Positions 8,656 through 17,922 of a stretch of DNA of 64,000 nucleotides are shown here, piece after piece (the first letter of the stretch is position 1; each line of letters opens with the position of its first letter). The notes under the pieces are model-generated. The model was not told the origin of the DNA. It saw only the letters and a list, made by a program, of their open reading frames with translations, and made no database searches. The position numbers were made by a program, and so were the translations under genes. This DNA comes from Thermoplasmata archaeon. Its GTDB lineage: Archaea; Thermoplasmatota; Thermoplasmata; UBA10834. The stretch is taken from NCBI GenBank assembly GCA_041548485.1, contig JBFESP010000002.1:10632-74631 (forward strand). Direction: 5' to 3'.

Positions 8656-9564
8656 ATGAACGAGCTGGAAGTAGACATCGCGGGGATCCACATGCGCAAC
8701 CCGACGATGCTCGCCTCTGGGATTCTGAACGAGACAGGGCGGAGCATGGTCGACGTCACCAAGGCCGGCGCGGGAGCGGTCGTCACGAAATCAGTCGGGC
8801 TCGAGCCGAGGGAAGGCAACCCAAATCCGTGCGTCGTGGAGCTCGGGTGTGGACTCATCAACGCGATGGGACTGCCGAACCCTGGAATCGACGCGTACCT
8901 TGAAGAGGTGGCTGTCGCACAAGAGGGCGGAGTGCCGGTCATAGGCAGCGCGTTCGGCGGCTCGGAGGAGGATATCGCCGAAGTTGCCAGACGTTTCGCC
9001 TCCGCGGGAGTGGCTGCGGTGGAGTTGAACCTGAGCTGCCCCCATGCAGAGGGGCTCGGGGCAGAGATCGGCTCGACCCCCGACATGGTCGAGAAGATAT
9101 GCAGAGCGGTCAAGGCCAGCGTAAAGGTCCCAATATTCGCCAAACTGACGCCGAACACGTCGTCCATCGTCTCGCTAGCATCAGCTGCCGAAGAGGGTGG
9201 CGCGGACGGAATCGTCGCAATCAACACCCTCAAAGCGATGGCGATATGCCCTGAGCTCGGTCGACCGATACTGAGCAACAGGTTCGGAGGGCTTTCTGGG
9301 GGTGCGGTCAGAGCGGTCGGCGTCAGATGCGTGTACGAGATATTCGACGCCGTCGCGATCCCGATCGTCGGGGTGGGCGGTGTAGCGACCTCGAAGGATG
9401 CGCTCGAGTACATCATGGCAGGAGCGACGGCAGTTCAGATGGGCACGGCCGTCTGGTCAGAAGGGCCTGGAGTGTTCTCCGATGTGTGCGACGGCCTCGG
9501 GGATTTCATGAAGGCGAACGGCTACGGATCTGTGGATGAGATGAGGGGGATTGCCCATCGATAG
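8656..9564 (+). CDS. pyrD: dihydroorotate dehydrogenase catalytic subunit (class 1B)
   Basis: MNELEVDIAGIHMRNPTMLASGIL..., NAMGLPNPG, LSCPHAEG, GVGGVAT motifs of PyrD. The ORF-track N-terminal extension (8581) is Arg-rich and unlikely. Confidence 0.8.
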   Translation: MNELEVDIAGIHMRNPTMLASGILNETGRSMVDVTKAGAGAVVTKSVGLEPREGNPNPCVVELGCGLINAMGLPNPGIDAYLEEVAVAQEGGVPVIGSAFGGSEEDIAEVARRFASAGVAAVELNLSCPHAEGLGAEIGSTPDMVEKICRAVKASVKVPIFAKLTPNTSSIVSLASAAEEGGADGIVAINTLKAMAICPELGRPILSNRFGGLSGGAVRAVGVRCVYEIFDAVAIPIVGVGGVATSKDALEYIMAGATAVQMGTAVWSEGPGVFSDVCDGLGDFMKANGYGSVDEMRGIAHR

Positions 9565-10342
9565 CGGCATCAGAGTCTTCGCCATCGCCGAGCAGACCGA
9601 CGAGACACCGACCATCCGAACGGTGCGTCTCGACGGATACATGCGAGTCCAGCCGGGACAGTTCGTAATGGTCTGGGTTCCTGGAAAGGACGAATTCCCG
9701 ATGTCGGTGTCCTATCCTGGAGAGCGTTTCGGTATAACTTACAAGGTCGTAGGAGAAGGAACCAGACACCTGTCCGTCATGAAGCCAGGGGAGAAGATAG
9801 GCGTACGAGGACCTTACGGGAAGGGTTACAGCATCGAAGGAGAAAGCGTCCTCGTCGTGGCAGGCGGGACCGGGATGGCGGCACTCGCCCCTATGGTGGA
9901 ACAGGCCGTGGAATCCAACGCTTCCGTGACCGTCGTGCTTGGCGCCAGGACGCGATCGGAACTCCTCTTCAGGGCCAGGTGCGAGCGGTCCGGAGCGGCG
10001 GTGCACATAACGACGGATGATGGTAGCGAAGGCTCCAAGGGTCTTGCGACCGACAAGGCGGGGGAGCTTCTGGAGGCGGGAGACCACGACATGATGTATA
10101 CCTGCGGCCCGGAGAGGATGATCGTCGGGCTGCTGGAGCTCTCCAGAGCGACTGGAGTCCCGGTGCAGGCCTCGCTGGAACGATACATGAAATGCGGCAT
10201 CGGAGTCTGTGATTCCTGCGCGATCGACGGGAAACATGTGTGTGTGGACGGCCCCGTCTTTACCCATGAGGTGTTGTCCAAGCTATCAGACCTAGGTCGG
10301 ACTCGGCTGAGTCCGTCGGGCGGACGGATACCTATTGACTAG
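9551..10342 (+). CDS. pyrK: dihydroorotate dehydrogenase electron-transfer subunit
   Basis: FAD/NAD-binding ferredoxin-reductase fold (GQFVMVWVPG, VAGGTGMAAL) and C-terminal CGIGVCDSC 2Fe-2S cysteines. Overlaps the pyrD stop. Confidence 0.8.
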   Translation: MPIDSGIRVFAIAEQTDETPTIRTVRLDGYMRVQPGQFVMVWVPGKDEFPMSVSYPGERFGITYKVVGEGTRHLSVMKPGEKIGVRGPYGKGYSIEGESVLVVAGGTGMAALAPMVEQAVESNASVTVVLGARTRSELLFRARCERSGAAVHITTDDGSEGSKGLATDKAGELLEAGDHDMMYTCGPERMIVGLLELSRATGVPVQASLERYMKCGIGVCDSCAIDGKHVCVDGPVFTHEVLSKLSDLGRTRLSPSGGRIPID

Positions 10343-10404
10343 CACCAGGATACACGACTCTCGGAAGGGGGCAGGAGCGGCCATTCTTCCTGCGCTCCCT
10401 GCCG

Positions 10405-11685
10405 TCATTCTTCTCCGCAGTTCTGCGTTCCCGCATATCCGGAGAGTATGGTTTCCACAATCGCCCAGAACTCATCATCGGACACACGGCCATGCTGCTC
10501 GCCCTTACGTTTGATCTCGCGGACGATCTCGCATACCTGATCCTGAGTGGCTTCCACTTCCCGCTCGGATAGGCGATTCCTCACAATCGACGTTCCCGAG
10601 TGCTTCCCCAAGACAAGACGGCGACGGTTTCCCACAGATTCGGGAGATACGCACTCGTAAGTCATCGGGCAGTTCAGGACTGCAGCGACGTGGATTCCTG
10701 ATTCGTGCGAAAACGCATTCGACCCGATCCATGGCTGGTTCGTAGGCAGGGAGGTCCCCGCCGCCTCGAACACGACCTTTCCGAGTTCCGTCAGCCCTTC
10801 GGTTGATATTCCGATGTCCTTTCCGTACAAGTTCTTGAGGACCATCACCAGTTGTTCGAGGGGCACGTTGCCCGCCCTCTCGCCAATGCCTCCGACCGTT
10901 GTGGCGATGGCCTCAGCTCCCGCGGACAGGGCGGCAATGGAGTTGATAGTCGCGAGGCCGAAATCGTTGTGCAGATGCGCAGAGAGCGGAACACCCACCA
11001 CGGACCTTATTCCACCCACCACATGCGAGATCGCCTCAGGGGACGCGCAGCCGAGCGTGTCCGTGACCCCAACGCGTTCCGCCCCCGCCGCCTTGCAGGC
11101 CTTGTAGATGGCCTTCACAAACTGAAGGTCCGAACGCGTCGTATCCTCGGTGCTCATGCTGACTCTCAGACCGTGATCCACGGCGTAGGCCGTAGCCTTC
11201 GCCGCCCGGTCGAGCACCTGGTCGCGTGACATTTTCAGCTTGTACCGTAGGTGGAGGTCGCTCGTCGCGATGAAGAGGAGGACCATGTCAACATCGCAGT
11301 CGACCGCCGCATCGATGTCCTGCTCAAGGGTCCTCGCGAGACACAGAATTTCAGCGTCCAACCCCAGTCCAGCTACGGCCCTGACCGATTCGCGCTCGGA
11401 ACCAGACACTGCGGGAAAGCCAGCTTCGATCTGGTGGACACCGACTTCGTCCAGCTTGTGCGCTATTGCCACCTTCTGCTCCAGGCTGAAGCGCACCCCA
11501 GGCATCTGCTCGCCATCCCTCAGAGTGCTGTCGTACACCACCACTCTCTCAGGAAGCGGTGGAATGTCCAACTTGTTGAAAAGGCTCAACGAATCTATGT
11601 CCACGTTCGCACAAATCGGCGGTTGAGTATAAAGTTTGTTCTCGCTCCCGTGTGGCAGCTGGCCGTCAGCACGCAGTGACCGCAT
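10405..11685 (-). CDS. 2-isopropylmalate / homocitrate / citramalate synthase family protein (HMGL-like pyruvate carboxyltransferase domain)
   Basis: VVVYDSTLRDGEQ..., HLHNDFGLATINS, typical LeuA/CimA/AksA/NifV motifs. About 426 aa with no long LeuA regulatory domain. Start set at Met50 (11685) because the longer ORF (to 11832) would run through tRNA-Cys. Confidence 0.7.
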   Translation of the reverse strand: MRSLRADGQLPHGSENKLYTQPPICANVDIDSLSLFNKLDIPPLPERVVVYDSTLRDGEQMPGVRFSLEQKVAIAHKLDEVGVHQIEAGFPAVSGSERESVRAVAGLGLDAEILCLARTLEQDIDAAVDCDVDMVLLFIATSDLHLRYKLKMSRDQVLDRAAKATAYAVDHGLRVSMSTEDTTRSDLQFVKAIYKACKAAGAERVGVTDTLGCASPEAISHVVGGIRSVVGVPLSAHLHNDFGLATINSIAALSAGAEAIATTVGGIGERAGNVPLEQLVMVLKNLYGKDIGISTEGLTELGKVVFEAAGTSLPTNQPWIGSNAFSHESGIHVAAVLNCPMTYECVSPESVGNRRRLVLGKHSGTSIVRNRLSEREVEATQDQVCEIVREIKRKGEQHGRVSDDEFWAIVETILSGYAGTQNCGEE

Positions 11686-11713
11686 GAATGTCGAAATCCA
11701 TCCATTATGAAAA

Positions 11714-11722
11714 CAATATATA
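11714..11722 (+). promoter_or_regulatory. putative TATA box (AATATATAT) about 27 nt upstream of the predicted tRNA-Cys 5' end, with an A-rich BRE-like stretch (GAAAAC) just upstream
   Basis: Direct reading of 11708-11722. Spacing to the tRNA start at 11749 fits archaeal promoters. Confidence 0.35.
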
Positions 11723-11748
11723 TGGTCTCGATGATTGACGCGTGCAGA

Positions 11749-11822
11749 TGCCGGGGTGACAGAGAGGCCATGTGGCGGACTGCAGATCCGCAGACAGGAG
11801 TTCAAATCTCCTTCCCGGCTCC
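11749..11822 (+). tRNA. tRNA-Cys (anticodon GCA), with encoded 3' CCA
   Basis: GCCGGGG...GCGGA-CTGCAGA-TCCGC...GGAGTTCAAATCTCC-TCCCGGC-T-CCA. 7-bp acceptor stem (one G-U), discriminator U, anticodon GCA. Confidence 0.85.
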
Positions 11823-11926
11823 AAATTATCAAGTTTGATTGATAACTTTATAGCCATGCTGACTATTCGCGGTTCAGAGGGCATCCAACACAATTCTGCG
11901 TAGCCTCTCGAATACATGCGATTTCG

Positions 11927-12307
11927 GTGTGTGATATGAAAACACCATGTGAACTAGTGGTTGGTAAGATCCTTCCATCGCTCAGGGCATCGGTAGTGAA
12001 GGAGCTTTCGGGAATGCACGACATGAAACAATCCGAGATAGCCAGGAAGCTTGGAATAACCCAGGCCTCGGTGAGTCAATATCTGAGTGAGGCCAGAGCC
12101 GGGGACGGAAGAATGATCGAGCGGTTCCCGAAGATTCTGTCCTACGCACAGAACATCTCGGAGAAGATTGTTGCAGGGGAGAGCAGGCGTCAATGGTACG
12201 GCGTCCTTTGCGAGGCATGCAGGGACATACGAGAAGACGAAGAGTTCTGCAAGATGCACAGGATAGCCACGAACATCAGCGGATGCAACATCTGCAAGAA
12301 GAAGTGA
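11927..12307 (+). CDS. putative HTH transcriptional regulator with a C-terminal Cys4 cluster (CEACRD...C..C..NIC)
   Basis: The helix-turn-helix stretch QSEIARKLGITQASVSQYL and four cysteines within the last 45 aa. Family not assigned. Confidence 0.5.
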   Translation: MCDMKTPCELVVGKILPSLRASVVKELSGMHDMKQSEIARKLGITQASVSQYLSEARAGDGRMIERFPKILSYAQNISEKIVAGESRRQWYGVLCEACRDIREDEEFCKMHRIATNISGCNICKKK

Positions 12308-12749
12308 TGTCACCGTATCGATCTGGAAAACGACGGTCTGGGCGAGGGCGGCGACCGCTAGCCTCCGTTTCAGGTTCGAGGCCCCCTACCAGCTTCTCGG
12401 AGTAGTCCGATCTCAATCCAGGTCCAGGTCGTCCCATATTCGTCGATGCCATAGTCGCAGTCGAACGGGGAGCGGGTCACCCCCTATCTGTAAGACGGCA
12501 AAACTGCAGGCAGTCGTACCACGACCCGCCGTCGTGACACGCTGTAGCGTGGTTGTAGCATGAAATCTCTGGATTGGAGTCTTGGCACAAACCTCGAAAT
12601 ACTCACTGGAGAAGATGGTACTGATTGACAAGGAGCCCGGGAGCAACGGAAAGTCGAACTTAGCCGCGTGTAGAGATAAAGAATAAAGAAAGGTGTTCGA
12701 CGCCCAATTCGGACATCAACCCACCTTATGATAGGTTTGTCTGGTTCGA

Positions 12750-13505
12750 CTAGCTGCGCCCACCCGCGGGCAGGAGCGTCAGTTCGACCCAGGTCGATGA
12801 CGAGTCGGCATACACCTCTGTGAACTCGGTCGACACATCGTCAACTCCCGTAATCGTTATCCCCTGCGACACGGTGTCCGCGTACGGCACGTTGTCAGGC
12901 AGCGCTGAACCGATGCTGAAGGTCAGCCTGTAAGCACCCTCTCCACAGCCGAGGAGTCTCGTGTCCCAGTTGTATCCGAACAGAAGACATCCGAGTTGGT
13001 TCACCTCGGCCGAGTACGCGTCGGTGGGTCCGTCCGCCCACAATCCCTCAGCCACCGTGCCATCCCAAACGGATCGGATCACAGCCTTCGAGACAGGGTC
13101 GATCTCCTCGATCTTGAACTCTGCTCGTATCGTGTAGACCGACGCATCGTGGACGTAGTCCCAGAGTATGACCTCCGTACGGATCTTCGCACCAGCCTTG
13201 AACTGGTGCAGCACTATGTCGTCCGACCAGTTGGCCAAGACGTCGACTGGCTCTCCGTAGGCCATGAGGTCGTTCCCGGTCGTCTCGTTGACGAATGGTC
13301 CGAGGTCGAATAGTTCGCCCGTGACATATATTCCCGCAGCGCCGACAATCTCGCCGAAGGCGATGTTCTGATTCAGTTCGAACCCCATCACTTCGGGCTT
13401 GTCCTTCTGATTTCCATTCTCACCCGCAGCCACATTAACGGACAGCGCCGAGAATACAAGCACAACCATGGCTACGACTGATACACATGCTTTCATTGCT
13501 TTCAT
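12750..13505 (-). CDS. secreted hypothetical protein (N-terminal signal peptide)
   Basis: MKAMKACVSVVAMVVLVFSALSVNVAAGE signal-like N-terminus followed by a beta-rich sequence. No recognisable family. Confidence 0.5.
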   Translation of the reverse strand: MKAMKACVSVVAMVVLVFSALSVNVAAGENGNQKDKPEVMGFELNQNIAFGEIVGAAGIYVTGELFDLGPFVNETTGNDLMAYGEPVDVLANWSDDIVLHQFKAGAKIRTEVILWDYVHDASVYTIRAEFKIEEIDPVSKAVIRSVWDGTVAEGLWADGPTDAYSAEVNQLGCLLFGYNWDTRLLGCGEGAYRLTFSIGSALPDNVPYADTVSQGITITGVDDVSTEFTEVYADSSSTWVELTLLPAGGRS

Positions 13506-13746
13506 TTTTACCCCCTTCTCCTCGACCCGATAACAGGCTGATCGCGGCTTACTGACAAGCCTCGCTGGATCGCAAGTTCGTGCAGTCCGGAGATAGGTGA
13601 TATCGCTTCTGGTTCAAGATTAGAAGAGTAGTTCATTACTAGAAAAGAAGCGGATGCAGGTCGCTCAGGTTAGGACTGCTAACATGGGCAAATTCCAGGC
13701 AACGAAGATATATAACGATTTGTCAATGCCCTGTCAAGGTCTAACC

Positions 13747-14685
13747 ATGCGCAAGGCGAAAACCCTAGACAGCATCTTGGAAGCGATTGGAGGCACCCCA
13801 ATCGTAAGGCTCGGAAGGATCGTGCCTGACGATGTTGCGACGGTATACGCCAAGATTGAGTCACTCAACCCTATGGGCTCGGTCAAGGACAGAATCGCGA
13901 AGGGGATGATCGACGATGCCGAGAAACATGGCTTCATCCGCGAGGGAACGACGATAATCGAACCGACCTCGGGCAACACGGGCATAGGCCTCGCGATGGT
14001 CTGCGCGGTCAGAGGATACCGACTGATATTGACGATGCCTGACACGATGACCGTCGAACGAAGGAGGCTCCTCGAAGCTCTGGGCGCGGAGCTGGTGCTC
14101 ACACCAGGCAATCAGGGCATGAACGGTGCGATGCAGCGGGCAGAGGACTTGAGCCGGACGGTGGCCGACTCGATTGTTCTGCAACAGTTCAGGAATGCAT
14201 CGAACCCGGCAACACACGCGCAGACGACCGCCGTCGAGATAACGGAGACTTTCGATTCATTGGATGCATTTGTCGCGGGGGTGGGATCCGGGGGCACAAT
14301 ATCAGGCGTCGGACGGGTGCTCAAGCAGAGGTTCCCGGGAATCAGGATAATCGCTGTTGAGCCAACCGACTCGGCGGTGCTGTCGGGAATGGAGCCTGGA
14401 GCGCACGGGATTCAGGGCATAGGAGCGGGGTTCGTGCCGGATATACTGGACACGAGCGTCTACGACTCCGTGGTGGCGGTCTCGACGGAGGATGCTTCCG
14501 CCATGACACGCGCGCTCGCGAGGATGGAGGGTCTGTTTGTCGGAATATCTTCTGGCGCTGCGGTGCATGCCGCGCTCGATGTGGCCAAGGAACTGGGACC
14601 TGGAAGATCCGTGCTGGCAATCCTGCCAGACACCGGGGAAAGATATTTGAGCACTGACCTGTTTGAGGGGAAATCCCATGCCTGA
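13747..14685 (+). CDS. cysK: cysteine synthase A (O-acetylserine sulfhydrylase), PLP-dependent
   Basis: [25 protein letters not shown] (PLP lysine), [18 protein letters not shown] are the canonical CysK/CysM motifs. Start at the Met preceding RKAKTLDS. Confidence 0.85.
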   Translation: MRKAKTLDSILEAIGGTPIVRLGRIVPDDVATVYAKIESLNPMGSVKDRIAKGMIDDAEKHGFIREGTTIIEPTSGNTGIGLAMVCAVRGYRLILTMPDTMTVERRRLLEALGAELVLTPGNQGMNGAMQRAEDLSRTVADSIVLQQFRNASNPATHAQTTAVEITETFDSLDAFVAGVGSGGTISGVGRVLKQRFPGIRIIAVEPTDSAVLSGMEPGAHGIQGIGAGFVPDILDTSVYDSVVAVSTEDASAMTRALARMEGLFVGISSGAAVHAALDVAKELGPGRSVLAILPDTGERYLSTDLFEGKSHA

Positions 14686-15400
14686 GCCAGTGAAGGACGA
14701 CGTGGACGTAGTCATGGAACGCGACCCCGCGGTTAAGAGTCGTGCAGAGGCGACTCTCTTCAGTCCCGGTCTGCACGCGATAAGGTTCCACAGGCTGTCC
14801 CACAGGCTCTATCGGAAGGGGAGGCACAAAACCGCGAGAGCAGTGAACTACTTGGGCCGGGTGCTAACAGGAGCCGATATCCACCCAGGTGCAACCATCG
14901 GGGAACACTTCTTCATCGACCACGCGACTGGCGTAGTCATAGGTGAGACCTCGGAAATTGGCAACAACGTCTCGGTCTACCAGGGAGTCACGCTTGGAGG
15001 CGTGAGCACTGAGAAGAAGAAGCGTCACCCCACCATATGCAACAATGTTGTCATCGGGGCGGGCGCGACGATACTCGGCCCGATAACCATCGGGGACAAT
15101 GTTCGAGTCGGGGCGGGATCGGTGGTTGTCAAGTCCGTTCCTCCGAACTCGACTGTCGTTGGCATTCCCGCCAAGATAGTGAAGCGTACGGGGACGACCA
15201 CCATAGACCTCCACCACGACGAGTTGCCAGATCCCGTCGTCAATGCTTTCGTGGACATGTGTCACAGCTTGTCGGAGATGGAGTATCGGCTGGAGACGAT
15301 CGAGAGGAAGCTCGGCGTGAAGTCCCCGATGAGAATCTCCCCGGAGGAGCCAGCGGAGGCCGCCAAAGAACTCAAATGTCCTCTTGAGGAGAAGCATTAA
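14678..15400 (+). CDS. cysE: serine O-acetyltransferase
   Basis: SAT N-terminal helical domain plus left-handed beta-helix hexapeptide repeats ([41 protein letters not shown]). Overlaps the cysK stop. Confidence 0.8.
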   Translation: MPEPVKDDVDVVMERDPAVKSRAEATLFSPGLHAIRFHRLSHRLYRKGRHKTARAVNYLGRVLTGADIHPGATIGEHFFIDHATGVVIGETSEIGNNVSVYQGVTLGGVSTEKKKRHPTICNNVVIGAGATILGPITIGDNVRVGAGSVVVKSVPPNSTVVGIPAKIVKRTGTTTIDLHHDELPDPVVNAFVDMCHSLSEMEYRLETIERKLGVKSPMRISPEEPAEAAKELKCPLEEKH

Positions 15401-15433
15401 TAGCCTCTCCAGGCATTGAAGGCGCGGACGGCC

Positions 15434-16891
15434 ATGTCGCTTGTTCTATACAACACCCTCACGAGAAGGAAGGAGCCTTTCCAGCCGATCGAGGATGGAA
15501 AGGTCGGCATGTACGTGTGCGGGGTCACCGTCTACGACAAGAGTCACCTGGGGCACGCGAAATCGGCCATCAACTTCGACCTGATAGTCCGTTACCTGCG
15601 GCACAGGGGCTACGAGGTCAATCACATCACCAACTTCACAGACGTGGACGACAAGATAATCAAGAGAGCCAGGGAACTGTCAATGGATCCCATGACCCTC
15701 TCGAAGCAGATCATAGACGATTACTTCCGCTCCATGGACGCTCTGAAAGTCGGAAGGGCGACCGCATATCCCAGGGCGACCGAGACCATGGGCGACATCA
15801 TCGACATGGTAGAGGGGTTGGTGCGGAAGGGTATCGCATACGAATCGAACGGCTCTGTCTACTTCAGCGTCCGGAGGGCGAAGGAGTACGGCAAGCTGTC
15901 AGGTCAGACTCTTGACCAGATGGTCGCCGGAGCCAGGATAGACCCAAGCGAGGACAAGCGCGATCCGATGGATTTCGCGGTCTGGAAGGCTGCGAAGCCG
16001 GGTGAGATATCCTGGACGAGCCCTTGGGGAGAGGGAAGACCCGGGTGGCACATCGAATGCTCGGCCATGTGCCTGAAGCACATAGGCACGACCGTTGACA
16101 TCCACGGCGGTGGGACGGATCTGATATTCCCCCATCATGAGAACGAGATCCTCCAATCGGAGGCGTACAACGATGCTCGGTTCGTCAAGTACTGGATGCA
16201 CAACGGGATGTTGACGATAGACGAGGAGAAGATGTCTAAATCGCTGAAGAACTTCTTCCTGATCGACGACGTCCTAGCGAGGTACTCACCCGAGGTGGTC
16301 AGGTTCTTCATGCTGAACGCAAACTACAGGCATCCGCTGGAATATGATTCAAGCTCGCTTGACGATTCTAGAAGAGCGCTTGAAACGCTTCAGAACTCGT
16401 ATGACGAGATGAAGGCTCATGTGGCCCTCGCTGACGGGGAGGACGACGCTGAACGGCTGTGCGGAGACGTCTGGTGCGATTTCGAGACCAAGATGGACGA
16501 TGATTTCGCGTCGCGCGATGCGATCGCGGTCATGTACGACCTCGCCAGGGAGGTGAACAGACTCAGGGGCGAAGGACGTCTGAGCAGGAAAGGCGCAGAG
16601 AGCGTCGTCGGGGTCTTCGACAAGTTCAACAACCTGTTCGATGTGCTCGTCTCGGAGAGCCGGCTCAAGTTGGTGAGGGAGGGGGCGCAAGCATTGGACG
16701 AAGCGGATATCGACAGGATGCTTTCTCAGGACCACATCCCGGACGGGGATGTGGATCGACTCGTAAGAGCGAGACAGGAGGCCCGCAAACGCAAGGATTT
16801 CGCCACTGCAGACACCATCAGGGGCTCGCTCGCCGAGAAGGGTGTCGACATCCAGGACACCCAAGAGGGCGCCGTATGGAAACGGAAGTGA
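15434..16891 (+). CDS. cysS: cysteinyl-tRNA synthetase
   Basis: MYVCGVTVYDKSHLGHAKS (HIGH region), KMSKS (EKMSKSLKNF), class I Rossmann fold, C-terminal anticodon-binding domain. Confidence 0.9.
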   Translation: MSLVLYNTLTRRKEPFQPIEDGKVGMYVCGVTVYDKSHLGHAKSAINFDLIVRYLRHRGYEVNHITNFTDVDDKIIKRARELSMDPMTLSKQIIDDYFRSMDALKVGRATAYPRATETMGDIIDMVEGLVRKGIAYESNGSVYFSVRRAKEYGKLSGQTLDQMVAGARIDPSEDKRDPMDFAVWKAAKPGEISWTSPWGEGRPGWHIECSAMCLKHIGTTVDIHGGGTDLIFPHHENEILQSEAYNDARFVKYWMHNGMLTIDEEKMSKSLKNFFLIDDVLARYSPEVVRFFMLNANYRHPLEYDSSSLDDSRRALETLQNSYDEMKAHVALADGEDDAERLCGDVWCDFETKMDDDFASRDAIAVMYDLAREVNRLRGEGRLSRKGAESVVGVFDKFNNLFDVLVSESRLKLVREGAQALDEADIDRMLSQDHIPDGDVDRLVRARQEARKRKDFATADTIRGSLAEKGVDIQDTQEGAVWKRK

Positions 16892-17916
16892 CGGCTGAGT
16901 CGGCCAGGAAGAAGGCCGAGCTGCTCGCAGGCGGACCTGTTCTGCTACCGCGGGATTTCAAACCACCCTTTCCTCCCAGCAGATCGACCGCCGGCCCCGG
17001 AGCCGGGCACCCAGAGATGGTGTTCTCATTCGGAGGGACGAGGGCGAAGAAGGCCATATCGCGCGATTCTGGAGATTTCCTCCTGAGGGATAGCGGCGGA
17101 ACGCTCAGCATAATGAGGGAAGGCAAGCCGTTCATCAAGGAGGTCGAGCTTCAGCCGACCCTGCTCCACGCACCGTTCCAGGCGTTCATCAATGTCGACA
17201 GCAGGTGCGCGTACCGCTGCGTCTTCTGTGGATCCCATCGACTGGAACCGCACGCGACCAAGAATCTCACTGACGACAGGATAGTCGATATGGCTGTGAA
17301 CGCTTCCAAGGAGCGCGGGTTCACGGGGGTCGCCCTGACAAGCGGCGTGGCAAGATCGCCCGCTGACACCACATTGAGGCTGGCAAGGCTGATCGAGCGC
17401 ATACGCGGAGCCCTGCCCGAAACGTCCATCGGGGTCGAACCGTACGTCACGCTCCCGAACCAGGTAGATACGTTGCTGGAGGCAGGGGCCGACGAGATCA
17501 AGATGAACATCGAGTCTTTCGACCGCGACTTGTTCGGGGAGATCTGCCCGGACAGGGACTACGACGTCATCCTCCACGGCATCAGCCACGCCTGCGAGGT
17601 GTTCGGCAGGAACAAGGTCTGCTCGAACATTATCTTCGGCCTGGGAGAAACGGATGAGACAATCCTCAACGGCGTGACGGTCCTGGCCGATATGGGAGCT
17701 GTCGCCACGCTCAGGGCGATAAGGGTGAACGAGCTGAACATAGCCGACCTGGACCGCGTCTTGGGGGACATGCAGCCGGTCACCGCCGACAGAATGCTGA
17801 GCCTCGCAAGGGGACAGAAGAGGATCCTTCAGGGCCATGGTCTCAGCCCGCTCGGATTCAAAACGATGTGTCACGCATGTCTCGCCTGCGACATCGTGCC
17901 GTTCTGGGATGTCTGA
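16876..17916 (+). CDS. radical SAM domain protein, function unknown
   Basis: CAYRCVFCG (CxxxCxxC) cluster motif at about aa 110. Overlaps the cysS stop by 16 nt. No subfamily assigned. Confidence 0.65.
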   Translation: METEVTAESARKKAELLAGGPVLLPRDFKPPFPPSRSTAGPGAGHPEMVFSFGGTRAKKAISRDSGDFLLRDSGGTLSIMREGKPFIKEVELQPTLLHAPFQAFINVDSRCAYRCVFCGSHRLEPHATKNLTDDRIVDMAVNASKERGFTGVALTSGVARSPADTTLRLARLIERIRGALPETSIGVEPYVTLPNQVDTLLEAGADEIKMNIESFDRDLFGEICPDRDYDVILHGISHACEVFGRNKVCSNIIFGLGETDETILNGVTVLADMGAVATLRAIRVNELNIADLDRVLGDMQPVTADRMLSLARGQKRILQGHGLSPLGFKTMCHACLACDIVPFWDV

Positions 17917-17922
17917 TGAACG

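Noticed and set aside
12560-12680. Possible RNase P RNA-like GGAAAGUCG element in the long intergenic region
   Set aside because: It does not match the conserved AGGAAAGUCCGGGC P4 context, and no other RNase P helices are recognisable by eye.
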